Source of the DNA: Camelus dromedarius
Taxonomy: Eukaryota
Direction of reading: 5' to 3'
Assembly: GCF_036321535.1 (NCBI RefSeq)
Contig: NC_087437.1
Coordinates: 57,724,001-57,788,000, forward strand
Length of the DNA: 64,000 bases
The notes under the pieces are model-generated. The model was not told the DNA's origin. It did not search any database and worked only from the letters and a program-made list of their open reading frames with translations. The position numbers were made by a program, and so were the translations under genes. Of this stretch, positions 1-12,910 are shown in pieces. How positions within the stretch are numbered: the first letter of the stretch is position 1; every line of letters begins with the position of its first letter.

Positions 1-719
1 GGGCGGTAACGCCAGGCACCCGGCTCACCCAGGGGCTCGGACATCTACCCTCACGTTCAGGACCCACAGATCCCCAGACGCCCAGAAGTCCCTGGGGTGT
101 AACACGGTTTTACTGGATCATATACATCTACACGAACTTGAACGAGTTAACTGTGAGGAAGAAAGAGAAAAATGACCATCCACCCGGCTCCTTAACCAAG
201 CCCTCCACCTTGGACCAGCCTGCCACGCCCACCTCCCCTCCAGTGTCGTCCAATTGGACCTTGGGAGCTCACCTTGGGAAAAGGGCAAGAACGATTTGAG
301 TTCACTTCCTTGGAACCTGGAATCACCTGCCATGCTTCTCTCATCTCATATTTCCCATCGAGTGTGTTTATTGGAAGAGGTATGTTTTCTTCTCTCAGAC
401 CTCACTTCATCTCTTTTTTTTTTGCCTTCTTTTTTTCTTGCGTCTTTCCCCCCCCTTGCCTTTGTGTGAGATTGTTTTTGTTTTCTGTTTTCATCAATAG
501 ATCCTAACAGTTTCTGGAACGGGATAATGTGACCTTCAGCATTTAGATAAGACTGGAACAAGCGAGAAAAGAGCAGAGCACACTGTCATTGCTAATGGTC
601 TAAGAATAATTCAAGCAAGCCTATTCCCTAACGCTGGCAGGGTCTCCCCAGTTCTCCCTGCTTCTAGACACACCCTCAACAGGCCGGCTCGCTCGGCACG
701 GGGGCCAGAAATGGTGGGA

Positions 720-736
720 GAGCGCCACCTGGTGGG
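720..736 (-). promoter_or_regulatory. CTCF binding motif (near-perfect consensus)
   Basis: Plus strand GAGCGCCACCTGGTGGG reads CCCACCAGGTGGCGCTC on the minus strand, matching the CTCF core CCASYAGRKGGCRS. It lies in unique, CpG-containing sequence. Confidence 0.75.
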
Positions 737-1244
737 ATCAGTGGGAAAAGCTTCACTCAGAACCAGACGGATTTTCAGCTTAGCTCTCAAAACACGTTTA
801 AAAGAACTATATTTTAAAATGCCTTGAACACTTTCCAGTCACTGAAGCGAAGCCAGAATTTATGAATTCTCTCTCCTAGGTCTTCTCTGACTAGCAGCAG
901 AAATATCTGTACAATGAATCTGTCCTCAGGTAAAATTTAAGCTGAAGGACAACCCTAGCTTCCCTTCTTTAAATAAAAGATTGGGAGCAGTCAGAAATTC
1001 AAAGGACAAGGAGCACTAATTATGCAGATTACATTCAGATTGAAATTTACATAGTATCTGAGCAGGAAACTCCACCCATGCTTTACAGTAGAGCACTAAC
1101 TACTACTCTTCCGTACATCTTCCCTGAGGATATCTCTTCCGTCCTTGGAACTACCACCCACTTTACGAATACCAGTTGCTTTTCCATAACACCAGCGACT
1201 GTCAAAGGCACGGTTTATGGACCATTTACACTGAAATCAACTAT

Positions 1245-1396
1245 AATGTTTTCTTAAAAGTGCAATTTCTTGGGCCCTACCCTACATCAATTAAATCAGA
1301 ATTTCTTGGGCTGCAACCTAGGGATGGGCTTTTGAAGTTAGCGCCCCAGTTGAATCTCTCATATTCCATGTACTCCAGGTAGAGATTCCACTGCTC
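1245..1396. mobile_element. MER5-like hAT-Charlie non-autonomous DNA transposon relic
   Basis: The tract 'tcttgggccctaccctacatcaattaaatcagaatttcttggg...ccactgctct' resembles the MER5A/B core and end. Confidence 0.55.
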
Positions 1397-2949
1397 TCTG
1401 CACTGGGTCCAGAAATTAACCAATTTGGGAGAGAACCGCCCTTGTTCCTGCATAGTAGATTATTACTAGTTTTTCATAACCCAGCTTCTTGGAAAACCTT
1501 TTGTGGGAAGCTTTCCCAATTTATTTCATGAAAATTCAAACAGATGCTTCTTCCTCGGAGCCCTTTAACCTAGTCACATCCTTATACATGTTATAAGTAT
1601 TTCCACTCCAGCTTATCAGAGATCTGTCTCTTTGCTGAGACATCCTACATGGTGGGCGCTCTCACTCATCTCTTTAAGGGACCCCACAATACAACATGCA
1701 GTGGCCCAGTGCACATGATAAGGTTTAAAGAGTTCACCCCAAACTCTGTTTAAAATTGCACTTGAAGTTTTCCAGCTTCAAATAATCAGCCAGCAAGAAG
1801 ACTTGCAGCACAGCTCCCCAGAAAACAGCTTCCCATCCATCCAAAAAGCAGCAAACTCCCCCTAGTGGAACCGAGCTGTTCGCCTCATCCTTACTCAGGC
1901 CCCAAGTTATCTTGACACACCAATCATGTTGCAACTGTCTGGCCCTTTGCAGCGCCCCAGGAATTCTGAGCGACAGAGGAGACAGTGATCTGCTCCACAG
2001 CCTAGCAATTGTGTCATTAAACAGATTGCTCCGTAACGTCAGAAGAGGCATTCTTTGTGACAGGCAAGTGATATGATTTGTCTTGATTCCAGACATGGGA
2101 AGCATCTGTCTGGAATCCGTGCATCTCATTTGATGTTGCAGACTTATCAACAGAAAAGTGAGACTATAGCCATACGTTGAACAGAAGTGCAGGCATTAAG
2201 CGACTACTTAAAAAGCCATAGTTCTGTCTTCTTAGCACAAATGTGTGGAAAATTTTTTTCTAAACTATGTTGCTGTATGCAAAATGAAAAACACCAATTG
2301 TCATTCTCTAGACAAAACTGCTTTCAGTATTCTGTAAGTTCAGTGCTTTCAGTATTTCCCTATTGATAAACCAATTTGCCTGAACTACCGGAACATGAGA
2401 GTTTCAGATTAAACACAGAGTTCATCGGGCTCAATGTGTCTGTTTCCAATAGTGATGTCTCACGGAAGTATTGAATTCAGCAAATGTTAACTGTTGCACC
2501 AGCACATGCAACGAGCTGTTAGATGCTATGGAATCAAAGGATTACGGGCATGCATCTAAGTGGGTATTTCAGGGATGGTCTGATAGATTAAGTCATGCTT
2601 TATGTGGGCTTTAAAGGATGCACAGTCCAGGGAGTCGAGGCAGAGGAAACAGCACAAACAGCATCCAACCAGCAGAGATGTTCCTTCCTTGACACCCTCC
2701 CCTCTGTCTTTCCCAGGGAGGTCAGCATCCACGTGTATGACCCATTCAGCACCAGCTCTCTGGCATCCTCACCTTGAATGATCTTTTTCTCCATCCCACC
2801 CAGCAACCCACTTCCCCATCACACGGGGACTTGTACCACCTCTGAACTTCTTACCTCAAAATCCAGCTCTGACTCATCACCTCCCATCTCCCCCACTCCC
2901 CACGCCAATAACTCTGCAGTCTTACTGAGATGCAGTGAGATGCAATACA

Positions 2950-3290
2950 CTGTTCTCACCGCTACTGCCATTACATGCTCTGTCCTTCCACAACTGGCAA
3001 ATGTCTACTCCTCTTTGCAGCCTTTGCTTAAACAAAACTGTTTTTCCATCAATAACCCCGTCCCTTTAGACAAGATGTGGTTTTCCTGTTATATAAACAT
3101 TTGTAGTACCCTGGGTTTCTCCCATCTCCAACCTAACATTAGGACAATTACTTATGTTTTGTCTCCCCCAGTAGAAGGAACAAAGCCAAGGGAGCAGAAA
3201 CCATTGTCATTCTTATCTGTTGCTATACACCTAGAGTACCTGGCAAACAGCTGATGCTTTAAAACCACATGTTGAATCGATAAATAAAAT
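2950..3290 (+). mobile_element. L2 3' fragment
   Basis: It shows the typical L2 end: 'cacctagagtacctggcaaacagctgatgcttt...tgttgaatcgataaat'. Confidence 0.5.
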
Positions 3291-3769
3291 TATAAAGTCC
3301 AATGTGGCAAGGCATAGAGAAGCTTGGGGTAGCAAGGAAATTTCAGGCTAAAAGGTCAGGTTGGAGTCATTTTCCAGAGTTCTTGAGCATTCAGATAACT
3401 AAGTTTTGCTTACTGTCTAGGTAATGGGAAAACAGTAGGGTTTTTCCAGATGAGATGCTCCCCAAATATTCATTTTTCTCCATATCTACTACAGCTGACT
3501 GTAAGCAGCATTTATTGCAGGAAATTTGAAAAATATAGTGAAGTAGGGTAAGGAAAAATCACCTATTTCTCCAGTACTACTATTTGATGGTTTTTTTCCC
3601 TAGTAATTTTGTGGACATTCGTTTTACACAGTGGGGATGGTATATTATTATAAACTAAGCACTTTTCCCTTATCATTTAAACCCTTCAGTGAGCTTTGTC
3701 CAATGGCTCTGCAACATTCAATCATATTACTGTATTACTCTTACTTTAAAAACTTGGGTTTTTAACCAT

Positions 3770-4200
3770 TTCTATATTTTTAGTGAAATACTATATAGTC
3801 AAGAACATAAACCTTCACTGTTCTGGTCTATGAAATTTACAAGTATCTGCTCCCACATAACTACTACCCAAATCAAGCACTTAAATATTAACAGCACCCA
3901 GAAGCCTCATATGTGTCCTTTCCCACGCAATACTCTGCAAAGCTATTATTCTGACTTATAGCACCATAAATTAGTTTTGTCTGTTTTTGAACTTCATAGT
4001 CTTTTGTGCCTGACTTCTTTTGTCTCTGAGACTCACCCATGCTATTGTACGTAGCAGTGCTTTATTCATTTTCACTTATTTAAAGTGTTTCATACATAAA
4101 TACACTACACCTTATGTAACCATTCGGCTGTTGATGGACCCATGGATTTTTTCCCAGGTGGAAACTATTACAAATAGATTCCTATTATTAACTATATTTT
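3770..4200 (-). mobile_element. Old L1 (L1ME-like) 3' fragment
   Basis: The motifs 'ctactacccaaatcaag...aacagcacccagaagcc' and 'gagactcacccatgctattgta...gttgatggac' are typical of an antisense L1M 3' region. Confidence 0.6.
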
Positions 4201-4559
4201 AATCTAGGCATATTTTTAGCCTAAAACAAACCTTAGTGAAATGGTTGCAGAAATCTACCAATGTTGAGGAAGATGGGTTGGTTTTTTTTTCCTGAACATG
4301 CCTCATTTAGTTATTCTGCATTCTGTGAATAAATCACTTTCTGGTGTTAGAGCCAGACAACCAACTCTAAATCAATTTCTGCTTACCAAATACAGGGGAG
4401 CACCCAAAAATAAAAGGAAACATTCACCTAAAAAGGGCGAGGGATGAAGCACCATGCCAGAATGGTAAGTGGCACATAGACATTAAAGGTCCAAAATAAA
4501 TACACATTTTACCCAAGTTACAGCACTCTGACCACTAGCCCAGCCTGGGGAGAGATTAT

Positions 4560-4760
4560 GCTTTGGTTCTAAGATGCACAGGTTCCGGAATAAGAAAAAT
4601 CTAGATTTGAATTCTGGTTCAGCTCCTCCCATCTGTATGGTCTTGGTAAATTACTTAATCTCAGCTTTGCATTTTTTAAATGGGGCTAATACTACTGATA
4701 TTACCAAGAGTAAACGCATTTCTCATGCCTGCCATATAATTAGATTTCAATAAATATTAC
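4560..4760 (+). mobile_element. MIR SINE
   Basis: The tract 'tttgaattctggttcagctc...ggtcttggtaaattacttaatctc...aaatggggctaata' matches the MIR core. Confidence 0.6.
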
Positions 4761-5164
4761 TTTTATACCAACTAATGGTCACCAACATTCATGCATTTCA
4801 GCTTAGGAGACCGAAATAAATTTAATTTCAGGTGCAATATTGCTCAAATAGAATCTTGAGATGAATGCCCTAAAAACTAGAATGGCAGATTTGGTGCAGT
4901 GCAGTCTATCCGGTCCCGCTCTGGCACTGCAAACTTAACGTCAGTATCAGATTTAACTACAGCAAATCTTAACTGTGGCAACAGTGGATTTGTGTACTCA
5001 GAGCGCTCACAAAGTGCTGTTAAATTCAACACCGATTCAATCATCTTGATACCTTTGGGGATAGGTCCTCATCTGCGCACGTTATCAACTGACTGTATTT
5101 TGGTTTAAATCCATTCTTCACGAACTTGAACCCCTTAAGTTTCTCTTCTTTACAGAAAGCACAA

Positions 5165-5990
5165 TACTAAGCTTTGCCAACAGAGGGCGCTGGAGAGAGT
5201 TTCCGTCTGGCTTCAAGGTGCTACTAGATTGATATTTTTATTGCATGGCGGCCAGCAGCGAGGATGGGAGGTAAATCCAGGGTGCCCTGCCAGAGTCATA
5301 TGCCCAGAACGTGCAGGTCCCCTAAGTGAGCTTGTGGCACCAGCCCCAGCCCAGGGACCACCTTGGCATGGATCTGCCAATATGGATACCACACCCCCCA
5401 GGCCTTACACCACCCTGCAGGTAAACAAGCTCCAGACCTGCCAGTGCTCAGCTCCTGCAGAACCTATGCTTTCTCCAGCATTAAACTTCTCAAGGGTACA
5501 GGTACCCTGATGCCGTATTCCTACAGAGGAGGGCTTCCCTAGCTCCTCATTCTTGCAGCATCTGGTGGCTAGCAGTGCCCAGAAACAAGCAGCTTCCCCC
5601 AGCACTGACTCCAGCAACTCACAGCAAGTCTTGAGGCTCAGCACTTGCCTGTGGATTGCTCTCCCGGTATCCCAGGAGGCAGGTTTCTAACAAGCCCCAG
5701 TGCTGAGGTACTTCGCTGACTTTTCCATCAGCCCATGAGCTATGGCCATGCCTTCTCCAAAGAGGTCTGGATCCGAGCCTGGGCTGGGGGTGGAAGGCTC
5801 TTCCTTAGCCCCATGAATAGCAGCTGCTCCTTATATACGCTATTTCTACTTCTACAGAACTCCCTTTACTTCTTATGAGCCAATTCCCTGTTACTTCAAT
5901 TCACATTATAGTTAATAGTTCTTATACTAAACTTTCCCTTTTCAAATTACTGTGTGGTTCCTATCTCTTGATTGGATCCTAACTAATAAA
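5165..5990 (+). mobile_element. LTR41-like ERVL solo LTR carrying a CTCF motif
   Basis: The 3' end 'aaactttcccttttcaaattactgtgtggttcctatctcttgattggatcctaactaata' and the 5' 'ctttgccaacagagggcgctggag' resemble the LTR41 family. Confidence 0.6.
5175..5193 (+). promoter_or_regulatory. CTCF binding motif
   Basis: TGCCAACAGAGGGCGCTGG matches the CTCF core with one deviation. Confidence 0.6.
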
Positions 5991-7689
5991 CCATCTTACA
6001 ACATGAAGAAATTCAACTGCAGCCCAAAGTCAAGACCAAAACCTAGATCTTCTAATTCCAAAATCTCATGCTTTTTCCACTATACCAAAACAGTCTTTCC
6101 AGGAATAGAAAGCACATCAAGTAAGAAAGAAAGAAATTCTATAAAATGATTAACCTCAGTGTCTCTTTAAAGCAATCCCCTTCCAACTCATTCTCTTAGA
6201 CACTCAAAGACAAAAGCATCCCACCGTAGTATATGCTGTATTGGGACTATTACACAGAGATAAGTTTGCAGGACCCTATATGGAGCAAAAAGTGAAGACT
6301 GATGCTATGTCCAATTTTAAGCATAAAGTGAATTCTGGAAGCCAGGGTCAAAACTCACCACAAATAAAACTGAACATAGGTAAAACTCAACACAAACCAC
6401 AGGTAAAACTCAACAGAGGACAGTAGGTAGATCAGCATCTTAACTTTCGGTAAACTTACTGCACAACTGTAATGAACACAATGCCATCAGATACTTATGA
6501 CTCATCCAAATAAACCAAATGAAAATAAAACAGAATAAAAAAGATGCTTGACTCTTCAGAGTAGTCAAGGTTTGTTTATTTAGCACATAAAGAAAAATTG
6601 GCTTCTAAGACTAGAATCTAAAGAAAATTCAATATAATACAGTTCAGTGGATTAGGCATCCAGAGTTCAAGTTGGTCATGGACCCATCTCAGTTTCTGAT
6701 AGTGAATAGATCATAGAGCATCTATAGCCAATGGTCTTAATTTCAAATTGATCAAAAACACCGATGTCTACGCTGAGCCTGTATTTCCTTCGGTCTCCAG
6801 AACCTTCATCCAAAGCACTCATCTCTGGTTAAGCTTGTCGTGTATGCTCAGCACACCTCTGGACCTTTGTGCATGAGCTTTCCTCTGCCTGGAATACATA
6901 TCCTACTCCCAATTCAAATATTACCTCAATCACGAGGCTTTTCCTCGTCTCCACTAACAATATGAAATGTGAATGCTCCACCAGTGGACGCCCCATAGAA
7001 TGATCTGTGCTTCCCTTAAAATGTGTGCTGTGCTCTGCCTTCTACAGTCACCATGTATGTATCTCTCTTCACTTCTCTAGGAGCTATACACCACTCAGGA
7101 CAGGAAATCTTTTCTGTTATGTTTTATTGCCAAAACGCAAACACAATTGATTCCACACTGACAGTGCCTACTGGTAAATATTTAGAGAACTTCCCATGGT
7201 CACAAAGTAGGGACAGAGAATGACCAGGAATGGAATCCAAAACTCTCGACTTTCTAGCAACCCTCTTTGTATTATACCATCGACAGTATCAAGAGACAAG
7301 ATTTCAAGATGATAACATCAGGCTTTGTGGGGAAGAACTGAAGGAATGGAAGGACTATGAGAATTACCAGTCTGACAGCACACTATGCTTCATGCTTGGC
7401 AACACAAAAGATGTTAAAGGCTGGCGGAACCCAACCCTGAGAACTGAAACCAGCCTATAACACCTAGAATTCATTTGGTGCCCTTGTGACTATTAAGCAG
7501 GGGGCTGTCGTGGAAAAAACTGTGATGGTTGTTGGGCCCGCGGGTATCTAATGACTAGACATAAGTAACGTTGGGGACTTTCGGAGATCACTAAGTTATA
7601 TGGTTACTAAAACGCCCACACAGAAGAACATGTCATGATCTGGTTTGGCATCCCAGGTATTTTGTACAATGCAGTTAATCTTGTGCAAT

Positions 7690-8560
7690 TTGCTTTTGTA
7701 AACTCAGCAATCTATTTCTAAGATTCATCCATACAGTAACATATAGCTTTAAGGAATTCATTTCATGGCTCTATAATATTCTATTATGAGAATCTACTAA
7801 AACTCATTTATCCACTACATTGTCGATAAAAATTGGGTCATTTACAGACTTTTGCTATGCAATGCTGTCTAAACATCTTTGCATGTGCCTCTTGGTGATG
7901 TGCAAGAGTTTCAGCTACAGCATTTGTCTCAGAGTAGAAGAATGACGAAGTGTGTGTATTTTCAGCATTATAGATTATTTTTTCCATTTCCTTGCCTTTT
8001 TATTTTGGCAAGACACTCCAGCGCTATAGTGAATAGAACCAGTGAAACTGGACATCCTTGCCTTATTGTTCATTCTAGCAGGAAAGCATTCAATAATAAA
8101 CCACTCATTTTGATGTAAACTATAGTTTTTTTGGTAGACAGTCTTTATTAAATTAAGAAAGTTAATTACATTTCTAGTTTGATGAGAGGACTTTTATTTT
8201 GTTTCGTCATGAATGGGTGTTCAATTTTGTCAATGTTTTCCTCTGTATCTGTTGAGATGATCATGTCGTTTTTAAATCTTTATATTCTGCCAGTTTGGTA
8301 AATTACATTGATTGAAGAGTTTCAAAGGATAAACCTACCTTGTTTCCCAAGGATAAATTCCAGTTAGCTGTGGTTTATTATCCTTTTTATAAACTACTGG
8401 ATTTGACTTGTCAATGTTGTGTTAAGGACTTTGTGTGGCTATTTGTTATGTCTGTACGAATTATCATATTTTTGTCAGGTCTTAGTAACAGAGTTATGTC
8501 GGCCTCATAAACTGAGTTTGAAATTGCTTCCTCTTCTATTTCCTGAAAGATTTGGGGTCA
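7690..8560 (-). mobile_element. Old L1 fragments (3' region and ORF2-derived)
   Basis: 'gaatagaaccagtgaaactggacatccttgccttattg' and 'tcatgaatgggtgttcaattttgtcaatg...tctgttgagatgatcatg' are antisense L1 ORF2 sequence. Confidence 0.7.
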
Positions 8561-8927
8561 TTCTTGAAAAATAGATTGTAAATTCTACTTACTGCACACT
8601 GGCTAACCCCAGGGAGCATTATACAAACAGGTCTGTGTGAATGGCACTCCCTGGAGTTGTTCAGTGCACAGCTGTTGTGACTACATACAGTAACTTTGCT
8701 GTGGTTCTCTCGGAACCTTGACGGTATTGGTCCAATGACACCTAGCTTCTATTTTTGAGAAACCTTCTCTTTACCTAATTGTTGTTCCTTTGCAGCTGAT
8801 CAGTCTTTTCTCTCTGGCTGCTCTGAAGATCTCTTTTTCTTTGGACTTTAATTCCACTACAATTTCTTTGGTAATCTATTGTATCATTATGCATAGGTGT
8901 GCATTCCTTTTTATTATCCTACCTAGT

Positions 8928-9266
8928 TGCTATGGACTGGATATTTATGTCCCCCAAATTCACACATTGGAGATGGGGCCTTCAGGATGTGACTAGGTCA
9001 TGAGGGTGGAGCTCTCAAGAATGGGTTTACTGCCCTGATAAAAGTGCCCCCTTGGAGCCTTCCTGCCCCTTCCATCACATGAAGACACACCAAGAAGATG
9101 GCCATCTGTGAACCAGGACGTGAGCCCCCATCAGACACCGAATCTGCCAGTGCGTTGATCTTGAACTTCCCAACCTCCTGAGCTGTAAGAAATAAACCTC
9201 TGTTGTTTATGGGCTGCTCAGTCCATGGTATTTTGTTGCAGCAGCCTGAACGAATGGATGAAGACA
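8928..9266 (+). mobile_element. MLT1A-like MaLR solo LTR
   Basis: It begins TGCTATGGACTG, ends AAGACA and has an internal AATAAA. The flanks CTAGT and CTAGC resemble a 5-bp TSD with one mismatch. Confidence 0.8.
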
Positions 9267-12200
9267 CTAGCACACATGTTCCTTTGTGTATCCATGACGT
9301 CTTGCATCAAATCCAGACAGTTTCCAGTTTTTTTTCCCCTCAATCACCTGTATTATTTTCTTTTGGGACTCTGGATATGACTAGATATTTATTGTGCCTT
9401 CCATATCATTTAAACTTTCATATTTTCTATCTTCTTGTCTCTCTTATTATTATATATTGATATTATTACTAAATATATAACATACTTTATAATATTATAC
9501 ATATTACATTATTATTATTATTACAATCTGGGTAATCACTTCATAAATGGTCTCCATTTCACAAATTTTCTTGTTAGCTGTGTCTGATATGCTTGCAAAC
9601 CATCCATTGAATTTTTAATTTCAAATTAAATTTTTCATTTTTAAAACTTATATTTGATTCTTTTTGGAAACAAATTTAGTCACATTTGAAAATCTCTTCT
9701 TCATGTAAAGGTTTTTTATCTTATTTCTGAAATATTTTAAACAGAGCTCTTTAATATTCAGAAACTGATGATTTTAATGTATGAAGTTCTTGATTCTTGA
9801 GAGTCTAGGTCTATTATTTGTTGTACCTGGTAAGGCTCATTAAGAATGGCTTTTTTTAGACACTGATAACATTTCATTGAAAGCTCAATCTAATCTCTTA
9901 TTATAGGATCTCTCTGTCTCTTAGGGAGTTGAATTCAATAGAGGAAGTAAAACTGCTCTAATTGTTTAAGATATTACTTAAAAAGGGTCATTGTGGCCGC
10001 TTTCCTCCAGGGAAGATTTGCAACTTTTGTTTAGCCAAGAGTCAGGGGACACTACGTATCTGTGACCACTTCCACCTGTTGGGAAGAGGGGAGGGTCTCT
10101 ACCAATAAAGCAGGAATCTTGGCCCCAGTCCTGACACCACAGTGGCCCCCAGCATTAGTCTTCCAGTCTCACACTCATATTTACCTTTGCCTTGATCAGT
10201 CAGTTAACCAAGTCTATTTGTTTAGATTAAATTTAACTAATGTAGGCTTAGATTCCATTTCTTTATCAGTTCAAAGTATTTTTCTAAAAGAACAGCATGA
10301 CATCTGTGTCAGTAATACATCTTCAGGACCAAGGAGATTTTGTTCTCTGTGTGCAATACCCTTGGTCTATGACTTCCTTTCTAATCGAGGTTTGCCAAAA
10401 AGATAAACATGTACAAATCCACCTTTCTCTGAACAAGAAAAGCTTGCATGTTCTAATTCCACAGTCCTCACACAAAAATTTAGAGGTTTGTCTGTTTCAT
10501 CAGCAGAATAAAATGAACATGGAGCTTGCCTGGTACAAATGTCATGTTGGGATATTACACACTGAGAGAGAGAGAGAGACGCATAAAAGAAGGAAAAGAA
10601 AAAGCAAAAGTTCACAACTGAAAGGTCTACTTCAAAAGCTTAAAAAGAAGCAAGGCTCAACAGGAGTGGGAGGATACAAAGGGATGTTGCATTTTGGAAA
10701 TTCAGTACGAAAAAGTGGGAAAATTTCCTTGAGAGGCAGTAAGGATAGAAACAGCAAAGCGCGAACAGCACATTCACCAGACTACACGGTTCAACCCCTT
10801 TTCACAGTGTGAGGGAAGGTCCTAGAAAGCAATCAAGGGTATCAAACATCAGCCAGCACTTCACCAAAGTTAAGAAGTGGTGCTGGTGATTGATTACTGC
10901 ACATCTGAGGAGGGGAAGATGCCACTGTGAAGAAGGGGTCAGCTGACACTCAGAAGATGTCCAGCACACAAACAGACAATCAACTGTGAAGTCACTGGCT
11001 CACAATTAAATTAAATTCTATCCCTAATAAGACAGAATATTTGACATTTAATTGTACTCTAAGATTAGAGATGCATTATTATCATGCTACATAGATCAAT
11101 CCAGTTATCAGAAATTCATCTCTGCTTTCCAGAGCTATGTATAAAATAATCTGGAAAACCAAATTTGTTACACCGCAGTGCACGTTTGAAATTAGGAGGC
11201 AGAAGCTTGGCTGTGACTTAGGGACATCTTAACCAGAAGCCAGGTTCCAAGCAGAGCTAGTGGAAAGAGTCTCATTACAATTAGATAGCTGTGAATAATG
11301 CATTAAAAATATTTTCAGAAGATAAATCTTTCTTATTATAAATGTGATACATGCTTATTATAAGAAATGTCAGTGGGTGTATTTAAAGAATAAATGAAAT
11401 CACTTAAATCCCACCATCTGTAGATAACTAGCGTTAACATTTAACGTTTTACGTTCATCCTTATTGTTTACCCTCTCGACCTCTCTCCCTCCTTCATGTC
11501 TCTCTCCATCTCCACTTCTCTCAGCAGAAGGTATTTTCATCAGCACTAAACATTTTCTTTTCTTTTTAAATGGCTAGTTGTATATAATAAAACTGGTATC
11601 CCTTTTAGTTTTCTATCTCTTTGATTAATAAAACATTAAAAATTATTCTTAATAATTTATGCATAGAGCAATATTCACTGAGCACTCATTCCACACCAGG
11701 CACCCGTATAATCATTCCAGCCAGAAAGAGACCCTCTTTGTAACCTCATCGTGTGCTCTTCCTAAACCCACGCTGTCAGCTGGAGTCCAGTTTGTGTTAC
11801 CTCATTTATGTTCCTATCTCCCGGACCAGTCTGCGCGCTCTTCGCTGGCCAGGACTGAAGGCAAGGACTGCACCCTGCAGTTGTTTAGCTCCAAGTCTTG
11901 GCCACTATCGATGCTTAGTAAGTATCCTGGGGACTCGGGTAAACCATTCTCCAGTGACAGAAATATCAGTATGGTCCCTGTACCCGTGAACTTCAGTCAC
12001 TCCTCCTCTAGACCATACCATATAAAATCCATGCACACAGGCTTCCATCTTACTGATTTTTGTAGCATAATTCCTTGCATTCTGTAGGCATTCAGAATTA
12101 AATTCTCAAACACTGTGGCTGCTTGGTTTCACTAACTCAGTAAAGTTAATGGACTTCCCACCAGATCTAAAATTTAAGCCTCAGGTCTTGCTATAAGTGG

Positions 12201-12752
12201 CAAATGGCAAGATCACAAAATTTGGCATCTTCTCTTTCTGATTCTCTTTCATTTCAAATGAATTGCCTGGCACTTGGGAGATAAGAGTTGGTCAAATGAA
12301 GTTGTTTCACACCTGCTGATTGTGAACGCCGTGTTCAAAATAAAAGGATCTGGAAAATGCTGTGCAGGAGCAACAGTCACAGAACCATGATTCTTACTTT
12401 GTTTCTTCTACGTCCGGGCCTTGGTTCCCATGGGAACCAGACACATTTTTAACCTGTTTGTTTTGTTTTTTTTTTTTTTTAAAAAGGCACCATTCTGCAT
12501 GAGGTTTGCAGTGATTCAAAGGTTAAAATGGATTGTTCTAGAATGGTTGCATGGTTTCCAAAAGGGAAAATAAATTAATTTTGAAGATGTATGTGCTTTA
12601 ATCTGACTGGTTAAAATACAGTGATGCTCACACTTGTACTATGTATTTTAAAGAGTTCTTACAAACCCTAAAGATAATCTGTACGTGTGAAAAAAAAAAG
12701 TCTCAGGATTCTTTTGCCACTAGTAAGATTGTGGATTTTTTTAAAAATTGAA

Positions 12753-12910
12753 TCTTGTGGTAGCTCACAGTGAAAACAAAAATGTGACAATGAATGTATA
12801 TATGTTCATGTGTAACTGAAAAATTGTGCTCTACACTGGAATTGGACACAACATTGTAAAATGACTATAACTCAATAAAAGCATGTTAAAATCTTTTTTA
12901 AATAAATAAA
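12753..12910 (+). mobile_element. Short 5'-truncated L1 3' end with TSD
   Basis: It is near-identical to the 3' end of the L1 at 32401. It is flanked by TAAAAATTGAA at 12742-12752 and 12911-12921. Confidence 0.85.

Noticed and set aside
10297..10812. 171-aa plus-strand ORF
   Set aside because: It has no recognisable domain, runs through (GA)n and A-rich low-complexity sequence, and lacks exon context.
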